From: Syntrophobacterales bacterium
Lineage (GTDB): Bacteria > Desulfobacterota > BSN033 > WVXP01 > G020346125
DNA length: 64,000 nucleotides
Assembly (NCBI GenBank): GCA_020346125.1
Contig: CP070774.1
Span: 1,810,489 to 1,874,488 of the forward strand
Reading direction: 5' to 3'
The position numbers and the translations under genes are program-made. The notes below the pieces were generated by a model. It was given only the letters and a program-made list of their open reading frames with translations, made no database searches and had not been told where the DNA came from. Below are positions 17,911 through 26,844 of this stretch, one piece after another (within the stretch, counting starts at the first letter, position 1; the number at the start of each line of letters is the position of its first letter).

Positions 17911-20156
17911 GGCGCCTTTCCCCTGTATCTGCAACCGTCCTTTACACAGTGCAGGGTCACCTCTCCCCTCCTGCTGAACTTTTCTATGAGGAAAGGGGCG
18001 CCGCAACGAGGACACTGCTCCCGTACCGGCCTTCCCCACGTGGCAAACTGACATCGGGGAAAATCGCTGCACCCGTAGAAAACCCTTCCCTTACGGGTTC
18101 TCTTCTCCACCAATTCACCCCCGCATCCCTCAGAGGGGCACGGTATCCCTAAAGTCAGCGGTTTTGTCGCCTGACAACGAGGGTAATCGGAGCAAGCGAG
18201 GAATTTCCCGAATTTCCCATTTTTTACTACCATGGGGCGGCCACACCGATCACACCGATGTTCGGTATCCTCGTGGGTTTCGATGACAATTCTCCCCTCT
18301 CCATCTCGGAAAAAATCCTTGGTATTTGTACATTTCGGATAGGTGGAACAGGCCAGGAATTGCCCCATTTTCCCCCACTTTATCACCATGGGATTGCCAC
18401 AGACATCGCAGGGGATATCGGTCATCTCCCCCTTTCGTTTCACGTCCCTCATGGACGTCTTGGCCTTTTCCAAACTTTCTCTAAAAGGCCCGTAAAACTG
18501 CCTCAGCACCCTCACCCACCCAACCTTCTCCTCTTCGATCTTATCCAGTTTATCCTCCATTCGAGCCGTGAACTCCACATCCAGGATATGGGGGAAGTTT
18601 CCAACCAGGAGATCCGTTACCAAGAGCCCTAATTCCGTGGGGACAAATTTTCCCTTTGCAAGCCTTATATAATCCTTCTCCTGGATAGTACTCAAAATGG
18701 TGGCATAGGTAGAAGGTCTACCGATCCCCCTTTCCTCGAGCTCTTTCACCAATGTCGCCTCGGTAAATCGAGGGGGGGGCTGAGTGAAGCGTTGTTCTGG
18801 GGAGAGGGAGATGAGGGTCAGTTGTTCCCCCTTCCGCAGTTCGGGCAACCCCACTTTCTTTTCCCCGTCTTCTTTTTCCTCGTCTTCTCCCTCGATATAG
18901 AGGGCCATAAATCCCGGAAATCTTTGGACAGATCCCGTGCCGCTGAAGAGGTAATCCCTGGCCTCAACCTCTACCATAGTTTGATCGAAAAGGGCAGGCA
19001 TCATCTGACTAGCGACGAAGCGGTCCCAGATGAGCTTGTAAAGAGACCTCTGGTCCTTATCCAGATATGACGCCATCCGTTCGGGTTCCAGTTCCATTGA
19101 GGTCGGCCTAATGGCCTCGTGGGCCTCCTGTGCTCCTTTTTTGCTCCTATAACGGATAGGCTTGTCGGGTAAGAACGGGGCTCCGAATCGCTGGCCGATA
19201 TAATTACGAACCTCCTTCAGGGCTTCTTCTGATATCCGGGTGGAATCTGTCCGCATATAGGTGATCAGGCCCACCGATTCCGCTTCTCCCAGCTCGATGC
19301 CCTCGTATAGCTTTTGTGCTACTCTCATCGTCTTTTTGGCCGAAAAACGGAGCTTTCTCGCAGCCTCCTGCTGCAATTTGCTGGTGATAAAGGGGGGGGG
19401 AGCATACCTCTTCCTCTCCTTTCTTTCCACCCTCGACACGATAAAAGCGGCTCCCTCCAGTTCTTGCATGATCTCCTTGGCCATCGCCCCGGTGGAAACG
19501 TCGGCTTTTTCCCCCTTCACCTTAGCCAGTTTTGCCTCAAAGGTATCCCCGGATGTCCGTTTTTTGAGCCGAGCGGTAATGGTCCAATATTCCTTGGGAA
19601 TGAAGGTATTAATCTCACTCTCCCTTTCACAGATGATCCGGACGGCTACGGATTGTACCCGGCCGGCACTCAATCCTCTTCGCACCTTATCCCAAAGCAA
19701 GGGGCTGATTTGATATCCCACCAATCGGTCCAATATGCGCCGAGCCTGTTGTGCTTCATATTTACTCCTTTGGAGCTCGACCGGATTCTTGATGGCATCC
19801 AATACGGCCTTCTTCGTGATCTCATTAACCAGGACCCGATATATCCTTTTGCCGCGATCCTTCAACTCCTCGGCGATATGCCAGGCTATTGCCTCCCCCT
19901 CCCTATCCGGATCGGGGGCAAGATAGATGTTTCCAATATCTTGGCTGATCCTCTTTAACTCCTTGATTATCTTTCCCCTTCCCCGTATGGTTACATAGCT
20001 GGGTTTGAAGTCATGCTCAATATCGACGCCCAGTTCCTTCTGGGGTAGGTCTTTTACGTGTCCCACCGAGGCTTTAACGATGAAGGTAGATCCAAGAAAC
20101 TTATTGATGGTATTGGCTTTCGCCGGAGACTCAACAATCACAAGGGATTTTCCCAT
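17904..20156 (-). CDS. topA: DNA topoisomerase I with four C-terminal zinc-ribbon repeats
   Basis: Toprim start MGKSLVIVESPAKA, the active-site region ITYMRTDS, and four CxxC...C..C repeats at the C-terminus. Confidence 0.95.
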   Translation of the reverse strand: MGKSLVIVESPAKANTINKFLGSTFIVKASVGHVKDLPQKELGVDIEHDFKPSYVTIRGRGKIIKELKRISQDIGNIYLAPDPDREGEAIAWHIAEELKDRGKRIYRVLVNEITKKAVLDAIKNPVELQRSKYEAQQARRILDRLVGYQISPLLWDKVRRGLSAGRVQSVAVRIICERESEINTFIPKEYWTITARLKKRTSGDTFEAKLAKVKGEKADVSTGAMAKEIMQELEGAAFIVSRVERKERKRYAPPPFITSKLQQEAARKLRFSAKKTMRVAQKLYEGIELGEAESVGLITYMRTDSTRISEEALKEVRNYIGQRFGAPFLPDKPIRYRSKKGAQEAHEAIRPTSMELEPERMASYLDKDQRSLYKLIWDRFVASQMMPALFDQTMVEVEARDYLFSGTGSVQRFPGFMALYIEGEDEEKEDGEKKVGLPELRKGEQLTLISLSPEQRFTQPPPRFTEATLVKELEERGIGRPSTYATILSTIQEKDYIRLAKGKFVPTELGLLVTDLLVGNFPHILDVEFTARMEDKLDKIEEEKVGWVRVLRQFYGPFRESLEKAKTSMRDVKRKGEMTDIPCDVCGNPMVIKWGKMGQFLACSTYPKCTNTKDFFRDGEGRIVIETHEDTEHRCDRCGRPMVVKNGKFGKFLACSDYPRCQATKPLTLGIPCPSEGCGGELVEKRTRKGRVFYGCSDFPRCQFATWGRPVREQCPRCGAPFLIEKFSRRGEVTLHCVKDGCRYRGKAPQ

Positions 20157-20230
20157 GCTCTCTCCACTACTGGAACGGTCTATCGAAGGCCCTGCAAAAT
20201 GTACACCAAAATTCCCTTATTTTCTACTCT

Positions 20231-21343
20231 TCATCTCTTAACGAATCGCTTCCCGGATAACTGTTGGACCAGCCCTTTCAACTCTAGTTGGAGGAGAATG
20301 GTCGATACACGGCTCGCGCTCATCCGGGTTTGGGCGATAATGGAATCGATATGGATCGGCTCATCCTCAAAAAGGCAGAACACCCTTTCCTCCTCCTCTC
20401 CAAGAGGAAGATCTCGGTCCTCAGATTCCAACTCCTGATGCTGAAACCGGGGAAGGACATCCTCCAATATGTCCTCGGCGGTTTCGATCAGTTTAGCCCC
20501 TTGTTTAATCAATCGATTAGTCCCCCGACTACCTGCCATTCCTACATTTCCGGGAACGGCGAATACATCACGGTTCTGTTCCAGGGCCAATCCAGCGGTG
20601 ATCAGGGATCCACTTGTTGAGGTCGCCTGAACGATTACTACCCCCAGTGATAGACCGCTGATAATCCGATTTCTCTTGGGAAAGTTCGCCCCTTCCGGCG
20701 GTGTAGACAGGGGGAATTCCGAGATTACCGCTCCATGAGCCGTGATCTCCTCAAAGAGGTGTCGATTTTCCCGTGGGTATACGATATCGACCCCACAACC
20801 CAATACCGCTATCGTTCTCCCCCCAACCGATAGGGCTCCCCTGTGAGCCGCTGAGTCGATTCCCCTAGCCATACCACTCACGATCGTTACCCCAAGTCTT
20901 GCTAAATCTCCAGCGATCCTCTCGGTGATCATTCGGCCATAATTGGAGGCCAAGCGAGATCCCACCATCGATATGGCCAATTTGTCCTTCGGTTGTAAAT
21001 CTCCTCGAACATAGAGCAATGGGGGAGGATCATATATCTGTTTCAAATTATCCGGGTATGATTGATCTATGAGGGTTACGATGGAAGCGTTGAGCTCCTC
21101 GATAAGCCTCAACTCACGTTCGACCTTCCCTCTAACATCGGTATCCTTGATGGCATATGCCAATCGTTCGCCAATCCCGTCTACCCTTGCCAATTCCCTT
21201 CGAGAGGCCTTAAAGACACGTTTGGGGTTCCCAAATCGTTCAATTAAGGCCTTGATCAATATGGGCCCGATCCCAGGAATGATATTTAATGCTAACCAAT
21301 AGAACCGTTCATCCACCTTTTCACCTTGGAAAAGCCAAAACAA
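20231..21343 (-). CDS. dprA: DNA-processing protein DprA (Smf)
   Basis: LAISMVGSRLASNYG, GMARGIDSAAHRGAL and a C-terminal winged-helix region. The dprA-topA order is conserved. The start codon (TTG 21343) is uncertain. Confidence 0.88.
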   Translation of the reverse strand: MFWLFQGEKVDERFYWLALNIIPGIGPILIKALIERFGNPKRVFKASRRELARVDGIGERLAYAIKDTDVRGKVERELRLIEELNASIVTLIDQSYPDNLKQIYDPPPLLYVRGDLQPKDKLAISMVGSRLASNYGRMITERIAGDLARLGVTIVSGMARGIDSAAHRGALSVGGRTIAVLGCGVDIVYPRENRHLFEEITAHGAVISEFPLSTPPEGANFPKRNRIISGLSLGVVIVQATSTSGSLITAGLALEQNRDVFAVPGNVGMAGSRGTNRLIKQGAKLIETAEDILEDVLPRFQHQELESEDRDLPLGEEEERVFCLFEDEPIHIDSIIAQTRMSASRVSTILLQLELKGLVQQLSGKRFVKR

Positions 21344-21475
21344 ACCAGGAAAGGAAACAGGGGGAAAAATATGGAGGAGAAGTAGTTACAAAAGGTGATT
21401 GAAACACCTTGGGAATGAGATCGTTTCTCATTTCATGTTCAAACGCCGATGCCGCCTTTTTTCGTCAGTTGGCCC

Positions 21476-22279
21476 TCATTGCCCCGTCCGGGATCGGTAA
21501 TGGGTGATCCGATCCCCCTTAGCGATAGCACGGTAGGATTTAAAGATGTGAGCCGTATACATAACGTCATGGGCACCGATGACTTCGCATTCTCCCAAAA
21601 TAATCACCTTCCGGCCCAGACTCTCTCCGGTATGGGGATGTTTTATCACCGGCGAGGTTCTAAAAATCGTAAATTGCTCGCCAATCTCGATGGGATCCCT
21701 CGTCTTAAAGGCCAAATAGACGATATCTCCCTCCGCCATAAGGAGCCTTCCCCTCTCCTTGGGTTCGATAACAACCCCAATGCCGGGAAACTCCTCTTTC
21801 GTAATAAAACCCGCCCATCGCTCCTCCGACGGCGGAATGGCATCGGGCTTGAGGGCCACCTCCGGTGGTTTAGCGGGTAGTGCAGCCTCTTCGACCGGCT
21901 TTTCTTCTACAGGTGGTTTTTTGGCAATCTCGGGCTTGACCTCAGGGGGCTTAACCTCAGGCGGCTTTATCTCCGCGGGTTTCGCCGGTTGGATTTTCAC
22001 CTTCTCAAAGGGATAGAATCGAATGGGATTCCCGGGATAAATCCAGTGCGGGTTCGTAATATATTGATTGCTTTGCCAGAGCGTGGGCCAGAGAAAGGGA
22101 TCTTTGAGGAATTGCTTGGAGAGGTCCCAAAGGGTATCCCCCCTCTTGATGATATAAACCCCCTCCTTCGCCCCCCCTTCCCCTTGCTGAGCAAGCGCAG
22201 TCGCCAGGCCAAAGAGGACCGAGCCCAAAAGGCACACAGTTAAAAAAACCGATAACTTGGAGCTTCTCCCAAATCCCAT
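21476..22279 (-). CDS. LysM domain protein with a Pro/Lys/Glu repeat linker, secreted
   Basis: LysM block YIIKRGDTLWDLSKQFL, the linker KPAEIKPPEVKPPEVKPEIAKKPPVEEKPVEE and a signal-like N-terminus. The start is at ATG 22279, 5 nt after GAAGGAGGGG. Confidence 0.8.
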   Translation of the reverse strand: MGFGRSSKLSVFLTVCLLGSVLFGLATALAQQGEGGAKEGVYIIKRGDTLWDLSKQFLKDPFLWPTLWQSNQYITNPHWIYPGNPIRFYPFEKVKIQPAKPAEIKPPEVKPPEVKPEIAKKPPVEEKPVEEAALPAKPPEVALKPDAIPPSEERWAGFITKEEFPGIGVVIEPKERGRLLMAEGDIVYLAFKTRDPIEIGEQFTIFRTSPVIKHPHTGESLGRKVIILGECEVIGAHDVMYTAHIFKSYRAIAKGDRITHYRSRTGQ

Positions 22280-22431
22280 ATTCCCCTCCTTCACGCCCAT
22301 TTCCCTTAATTATCCAGGTTATCCACCATTTGTCAAGCACATTGAAAGTCAACCGTGCCTTTAAATACCTTGAACGTAAGGTTCATAGAGGATATATTTA
22401 TGGTATCATTATCCGTATTTCCTAAAGTCAA

Positions 22432-23208
22432 ATGCTGTTCCAAGATGAAACACTGGATCATCTTTTTCCGGGTAACATAAAGATTTTCCAGAAGAAAAAG
22501 GGATATCGCTTTTCCATCGATTCCATCTTGCTTGCCCACTTTGTCCGGTTGAAGGAGGGGCAGAAGGTTGTCGATTTAGGTACGGGAAGTGGTGTTATTC
22601 CAATTATTCTTGCCAAAAAGGCCAAATCGACGGAAATTTGGGGGGTGGAGATTCAGGATGAACTTGCAAAGATGGCCAAGAGGAACATTGAAATTAACCA
22701 CCTCCAAGGTCGCGTTCATATTTTACAGGGTGATGCTAGAAATCTCGTAAACCGGATGGAATCGGAGGAGTTTGACATCGTCTTGACCAATCCGCCTTAT
22801 CGAAAAATCCGCTCTGGCCGCCTCAACCCCCAAAGGCAAAAGGCCATAGCCCGTCATGAGATAAAGGGTTCCTTGACAGATATGGCCAAAATCGGTTTCT
22901 GCTTGCTCCGACCAAAGGCAAGCTTTTACCTCGTCTACCCGGCGGTGCGGATCGCAGACCTCATCACCTGCGTAAGGGAGAGCCATCTCGAGCCTAAGCG
23001 ATTGAGGCTTGTCCATCCCAATATGGAAAAGGGCGCTCAATTGATCCTCGTTGAGGCCATTAAGTGGGGGAGGCCAGGGGTCGAGATACATCCACCCCTC
23101 TTTATATACGACTTGAATGGGCAATACTCCGAGGAAATGCGATCCATATATTCATCCACAACGGAATTCTCCAGAAAGTCAGGAAACGTAAAAATTCCCA
23201 AGGTTTGA
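22432..23208 (+). CDS. SAM-dependent methyltransferase, tRNA (adenine37-N6) TrmN6/YfiC-like
   Basis: GYRFSIDSILLA, VVDLGTGSGVI and the catalytic NPPY (LTNPPYRK). Confidence 0.75.
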   Translation: MLFQDETLDHLFPGNIKIFQKKKGYRFSIDSILLAHFVRLKEGQKVVDLGTGSGVIPIILAKKAKSTEIWGVEIQDELAKMAKRNIEINHLQGRVHILQGDARNLVNRMESEEFDIVLTNPPYRKIRSGRLNPQRQKAIARHEIKGSLTDMAKIGFCLLRPKASFYLVYPAVRIADLITCVRESHLEPKRLRLVHPNMEKGAQLILVEAIKWGRPGVEIHPPLFIYDLNGQYSEEMRSIYSSTTEFSRKSGNVKIPKV

Positions 23209-23298
23209 CAAGATGGGGCAAATGGGATATGATTTTTTTGGATTTAGAGAGATTAGAGGCCAATGGGGTTTGATTCGTCGAGGGGATTAAAACCAACG

Positions 23299-24267
23299 AT
23301 GCATATCATAATGGATTTAATAGGGAGCGAACTGGCCCAGGTTGAAGATGAGTTTAAGAAAAACCTGAAATCCGGGGTTCCCCTCATCTCGAAGATCGGC
23401 GAACACCTGCTGTTAAGCGGGGGAAAACGTTTTAGGCCTACTATACTCCTTTTATCAGCCAAATTATGTGGTTATAAGGGCAGACGCCAAATCCAAGTCG
23501 CCACTGTAATCGAATTCATTCACACCGCCACCCTGCTCCACGACGATGTAGTAGATGACGCTGGGTTGAGGCGAGGTCATGCCTCGGCTAACTCCATATG
23601 GGGTAGCGAGGCCAGCGTGTTGGTGGGAGATTTTCTCCTTTCAAAATCCTTCTTCCTTATGGTTGACGATGGGGACCTAAAGATTCTTAACACCATTTCC
23701 AGGGTAACTACTCAAATGGCCGAAGGTGAAATCCAGGAACTTATGAGGACCAGCGACCTTTCCGTAACCGAGGAGGAATACCTCTCCATCGTAACCAACA
23801 AGACTGCCTCCCTCATCTCAGCGACCTGCCAGATTGGGGCAATTTTGGGCGGTGTCGATGGAAAGAAAGAACAAGCCCTTACGAATTTCGGAATGGATCT
23901 GGGTATTGCCTTCCAATTTATGGATGACAGTCTGGATTATACTTCGACGGAGAAGAGGTTCGGGAAGGAGATCGGCATTGACTTTCAGGGAGGAAAGATT
24001 ACCCTTCCATTGATTCACACCATTCGAAACTGTTCACCCTCAGAAAGGGAGGAGGTCGTGGGGATCATTCTCTCTGAAAACTCAGATGAACGGGCCTTTC
24101 TGAGCGTGGTGGATCTCATCAATAGGCACAGGGGGATTGAATATACCTTGGAGAAGGCCAGAGAATATGTAGCCAAAGCTAAGGGTTATTTGGATTGTTT
24201 TGTCCCCTCAATGGAAAAAAAAGCCCTCCTGGCCATGGCCAATTATGTCGTGGAACGAACATGGTAG
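23299..24267 (+). CDS. Polyprenyl diphosphate synthase (long-chain, IspB-like)
   Basis: First and second Asp-rich motifs LLHDDVVDD and FQFMDDSLD. Product chain length cannot be read from the sequence. Confidence 0.85.
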   Translation: MHIIMDLIGSELAQVEDEFKKNLKSGVPLISKIGEHLLLSGGKRFRPTILLLSAKLCGYKGRRQIQVATVIEFIHTATLLHDDVVDDAGLRRGHASANSIWGSEASVLVGDFLLSKSFFLMVDDGDLKILNTISRVTTQMAEGEIQELMRTSDLSVTEEEYLSIVTNKTASLISATCQIGAILGGVDGKKEQALTNFGMDLGIAFQFMDDSLDYTSTEKRFGKEIGIDFQGGKITLPLIHTIRNCSPSEREEVVGIILSENSDERAFLSVVDLINRHRGIEYTLEKAREYVAKAKGYLDCFVPSMEKKALLAMANYVVERTW

Positions 24268-24286
24268 TGTTAAAAAGACCGTTCCT

Positions 24287-24817
24287 ATGTGGCTCCCCTC
24301 AAGATGGTTAAAATATGGCTTGCCCTTTCTTGTAGCCATTTTCATTCAATCCCCTGTAGGCTGCAAAAAAGAACCCCCTAAGGAGAAGAGACTTCTGGCC
24401 CCTGATTTCACCTTGCTCGCCGTCGATGGAAAAACCGTAACCCTTTCCCGATTGAGGGGTAAGGTAGTCTTGCTCGATTTCTGGGCTACGTGGTGTAAAC
24501 CATGCCGATTGGCCATACCCCATCTCAACGATCTGTACAAGGCTTATCAGAAAAGTGGTCTGGAAATCATCGGTGTAAGCCTAGACAAGGGGAGTCCGGA
24601 ACGGATTAGAAGATTCGCCGTCAATATAGGTGTTCAATACACCCTCATCATGGCCGATGATGAGGTGATCAGAAAATACGGCATATCCCCCATCCCGACT
24701 ACCTATCTCATAGACCGGGACGGCTATATATCCAATAAATGGATTGGATTCAGCCAAAATCTCATGAACAACATCACTACCGAGATTGAAAGGCTCTTAT
24801 CACAGGAAGGCGCTTAA
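24287..24817 (+). CDS. TlpA/ResA-like thiol:disulfide oxidoreductase, probable lipoprotein
   Basis: Thioredoxin motif FWATWCKPC. The N-terminus MWLPSRWLKYGLPFLVAIFIQSPVGC has a lipobox-like Cys. Confidence 0.8.
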   Translation: MWLPSRWLKYGLPFLVAIFIQSPVGCKKEPPKEKRLLAPDFTLLAVDGKTVTLSRLRGKVVLLDFWATWCKPCRLAIPHLNDLYKAYQKSGLEIIGVSLDKGSPERIRRFAVNIGVQYTLIMADDEVIRKYGISPIPTTYLIDRDGYISNKWIGFSQNLMNNITTEIERLLSQEGA

Positions 24818-24993
24818 CCTCACCAATTTTCCACTGCAGCTTGATTTTACCCATTATCGTATCCTTGCATTAAAGGTATCCGGGATCCCGGATAGTATTG
24901 GTTGCGGGATGTGTGAAAATGAGTGCCCCATGGCCGATAAAACCGTCATCGTGGTAACCAACAGCGGGGAATCAAGGTCGGAGGGAAATTGGC

Positions 24994-25152
24994 TCAGCCT
25001 CCATTAGGGGGGGCTTCCTCTTCCTCCCTCTCTTCGTCTCGGAAGACCTCTATTACGCTCCTCACCTCGATGCCGGCCTCTTCGAGGGCTTTTCTGATAT
25101 CCTTCGCCCTGACCCTTTCCGCTTTGACGATGAAATTAACCCTTTCGGCCAA
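24994..25152 (-). CDS. Candidate unlisted small ORF (52 aa) with an acidic tail
   Basis: My own translation reads (TTG)MAERVNFIVKAERVRAKDIRKALEEAGIEVRSVIEVFRDEEREEEEAPPNGG. The SD AGGGGA lies 7 nt upstream, and the ORF starts 46 nt downstream of the J-like/HTH gene on the same strand. It falls below the 60-aa cut-off of the ORF track. Confidence 0.35.
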   Translation of the reverse strand: MAERVNFIVKAERVRAKDIRKALEEAGIEVRSVIEVFRDEEREEEEAPPNGG

Positions 25153-25198
25153 TCCCTAATCCCCTGAGACGCTTCCTTCCCAAGTCTCCGTCTTCCCT

Positions 25199-25798
25199 TT
25201 AAACCTTCTGCTCGTTCTGCCATTGATAAAAGGATCGCAAGTAATTATCAGCCACCCTATGGGGATCCAGGTTTAGCGCCTTGGCGTATTCCATGATGAA
25301 TCCCCTGATGTAGACTAGCGCGGGCAGGTTTCCGAAACTCTCCTCCTCGAGCCACTCCAAGTTTTGCTTGCTGATTTTCGTTGTCTGGGATATCTGCTTG
25401 AGGTCAATACCCATCGATTCCCTAATTCCCTTTAGGCTGCTTCCTGTAAATCTGAATCCATGAGGAAATGAGATACCCGTCGGCTCTTCCCGGGGGGGAT
25501 GGACTTCTCCAATAGCCGGAGGCCCAAGGGGCTCCCCTGAGAATGCCTTTTCATCCAGGGCATTCAGCCTTCTGTCATATTCCGACCTCAATCTCTTATC
25601 CGTCAAAACCCGATAGGCTTCGTCTATGGCAGCATTGATCCTCTTGAGTTCCTCGGACCCCAGAAGGGAATAGGTAGCCACGGAATCGGAGCTGAAAATC
25701 TCCTTTTCCCTCCGGTAGGCCTCTCGGATCTCCTCCGTCGATGCCCGCCTGTCGACCTCCAACATCTCATAATAGGTCTGGTCTTTGATTCGCTTCAT
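25199..25798 (-). CDS. J-like domain (no HPD motif) fused to a RodZ-type helix-turn-helix domain
   Basis: The N-terminus YYEMLEVDRRASTEEIREAYRREKEIFSSDS...AYRVLTDKRLRSEYD follows the J-domain helix pattern. The C-terminus LKGIRESMGIDLKQISQTTKISKQNLEWLEEESFGNLPALVYIRGFIMEYAKALNLD is HTH_25/RodZ-like. Confidence 0.75.
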   Translation of the reverse strand: MKRIKDQTYYEMLEVDRRASTEEIREAYRREKEIFSSDSVATYSLLGSEELKRINAAIDEAYRVLTDKRLRSEYDRRLNALDEKAFSGEPLGPPAIGEVHPPREEPTGISFPHGFRFTGSSLKGIRESMGIDLKQISQTTKISKQNLEWLEEESFGNLPALVYIRGFIMEYAKALNLDPHRVADNYLRSFYQWQNEQKV

Positions 25799-26808
25799 CC
25801 CTCGGAACTTAACAGAAATGGCTTATCAATGATCAATTTTAAGGTGATCTCGTTGATACACTGAGAAGCCCTCGATTGTGGAAATTCCAAGACCAGGGGT
25901 TTCCTCTTTTTGATTGATTGCCATACGTTGTCATCGTAAACGATATAACCCACGTAATCAATTGAGATTCCAAAGTATTTTAAAAAGGCACTTCGTATGG
26001 AAAAGCCGATATCAATATCGCCCTTGGTCCTGACTTGATTGACGATGAGTTTCGGCTTGAAGTTCTCCAACTCCTGCTCCAACCTGAGGCCAATGGATTT
26101 ATCGATCTCCCCCGCTAATTCGATGATATCAAAAGGTGTTTTGATCCCTCTCTCGTTTCCCTGATCCATGGCCATGTCGATGATTTCCTTCACCCCGAAA
26201 TGGGAAATAATCCTTTTCACCTTTCGAAAGAATGCACTTTTGATAAAACGATAGGTATTTTCTATGCAGGTCGGTTCCGGGGTAACTACCAATATTTCGT
26301 TCTCGGACATGAGGAAGAAGTCCAAAACATTGAAGGAGTTTCCAGCGCCCAGATCGAGTATGATATAGTCTACTTGCAAGGAATTGATATGCCGGATCAG
26401 CTTCCACTTTTGCGGCTCTTTCGGATTTGCTGCGTTAAGAAGGTCTTGGGCACCGACAACCAATCCCAGGTTTGGAATCTCCGTATCCACAACGACATCC
26501 CGAATGCCTTCAACCCTCTTTTTGATGAGATCGGACAAGGTTCGAGGGGGAAAGGAAAGGCCTAAAAAAGTATGGATATTAGCGCCTCCCAAATCGGTAT
26601 CAACCAACACTACATCCCCGCCAAACCTGGAGAGGCAGATTCCCAAATTGACGGCGATGAAGGTCTTACCAGTCCCCCCTTTCCCTCCGCCAATGGTCCA
26701 TATGGATCTTCGACCCTCCCCCCCCTCACCTCCTTCCCCTTGATCTGCTGATAAAAATGCCATCAATTCCTCTTTCTCTGGCCTTATCGGCATTGCCTCC
26801 GGCACCAA
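25795..26808 (-). CDS. MinD/ParA/FlhG-family P-loop ATPase
   Basis: Deviant Walker A GGGKGGTGKT, then VLVDTDLGGANI and IILDLGAG. It overlaps the next gene by 4 nt (ATGA). The start is uncertain: TTG 26808, ATG 26793 or ATG 26763. Confidence 0.8.
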   Translation of the reverse strand: MVPEAMPIRPEKEELMAFLSADQGEGGEGGEGRRSIWTIGGGKGGTGKTFIAVNLGICLSRFGGDVVLVDTDLGGANIHTFLGLSFPPRTLSDLIKKRVEGIRDVVVDTEIPNLGLVVGAQDLLNAANPKEPQKWKLIRHINSLQVDYIILDLGAGNSFNVLDFFLMSENEILVVTPEPTCIENTYRFIKSAFFRKVKRIISHFGVKEIIDMAMDQGNERGIKTPFDIIELAGEIDKSIGLRLEQELENFKPKLIVNQVRTKGDIDIGFSIRSAFLKYFGISIDYVGYIVYDDNVWQSIKKRKPLVLEFPQSRASQCINEITLKLIIDKPFLLSSEG

Positions 26809-26844
26809 TGGTCGTTCAATTTTTATATGATATGGAGGTTTTTG

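Noticed and set aside
24786-25007. 73-aa plus ORF containing a ferredoxin-like SIGCGMCENECP segment
   Set aside because: The first Cys of the CxxCxxCxxxCP motif is replaced by Ser and only one half-cluster motif is present. There is no SD, and the ORF starts inside the TlpA-like gene. It is at best a relic and is not called as a gene.
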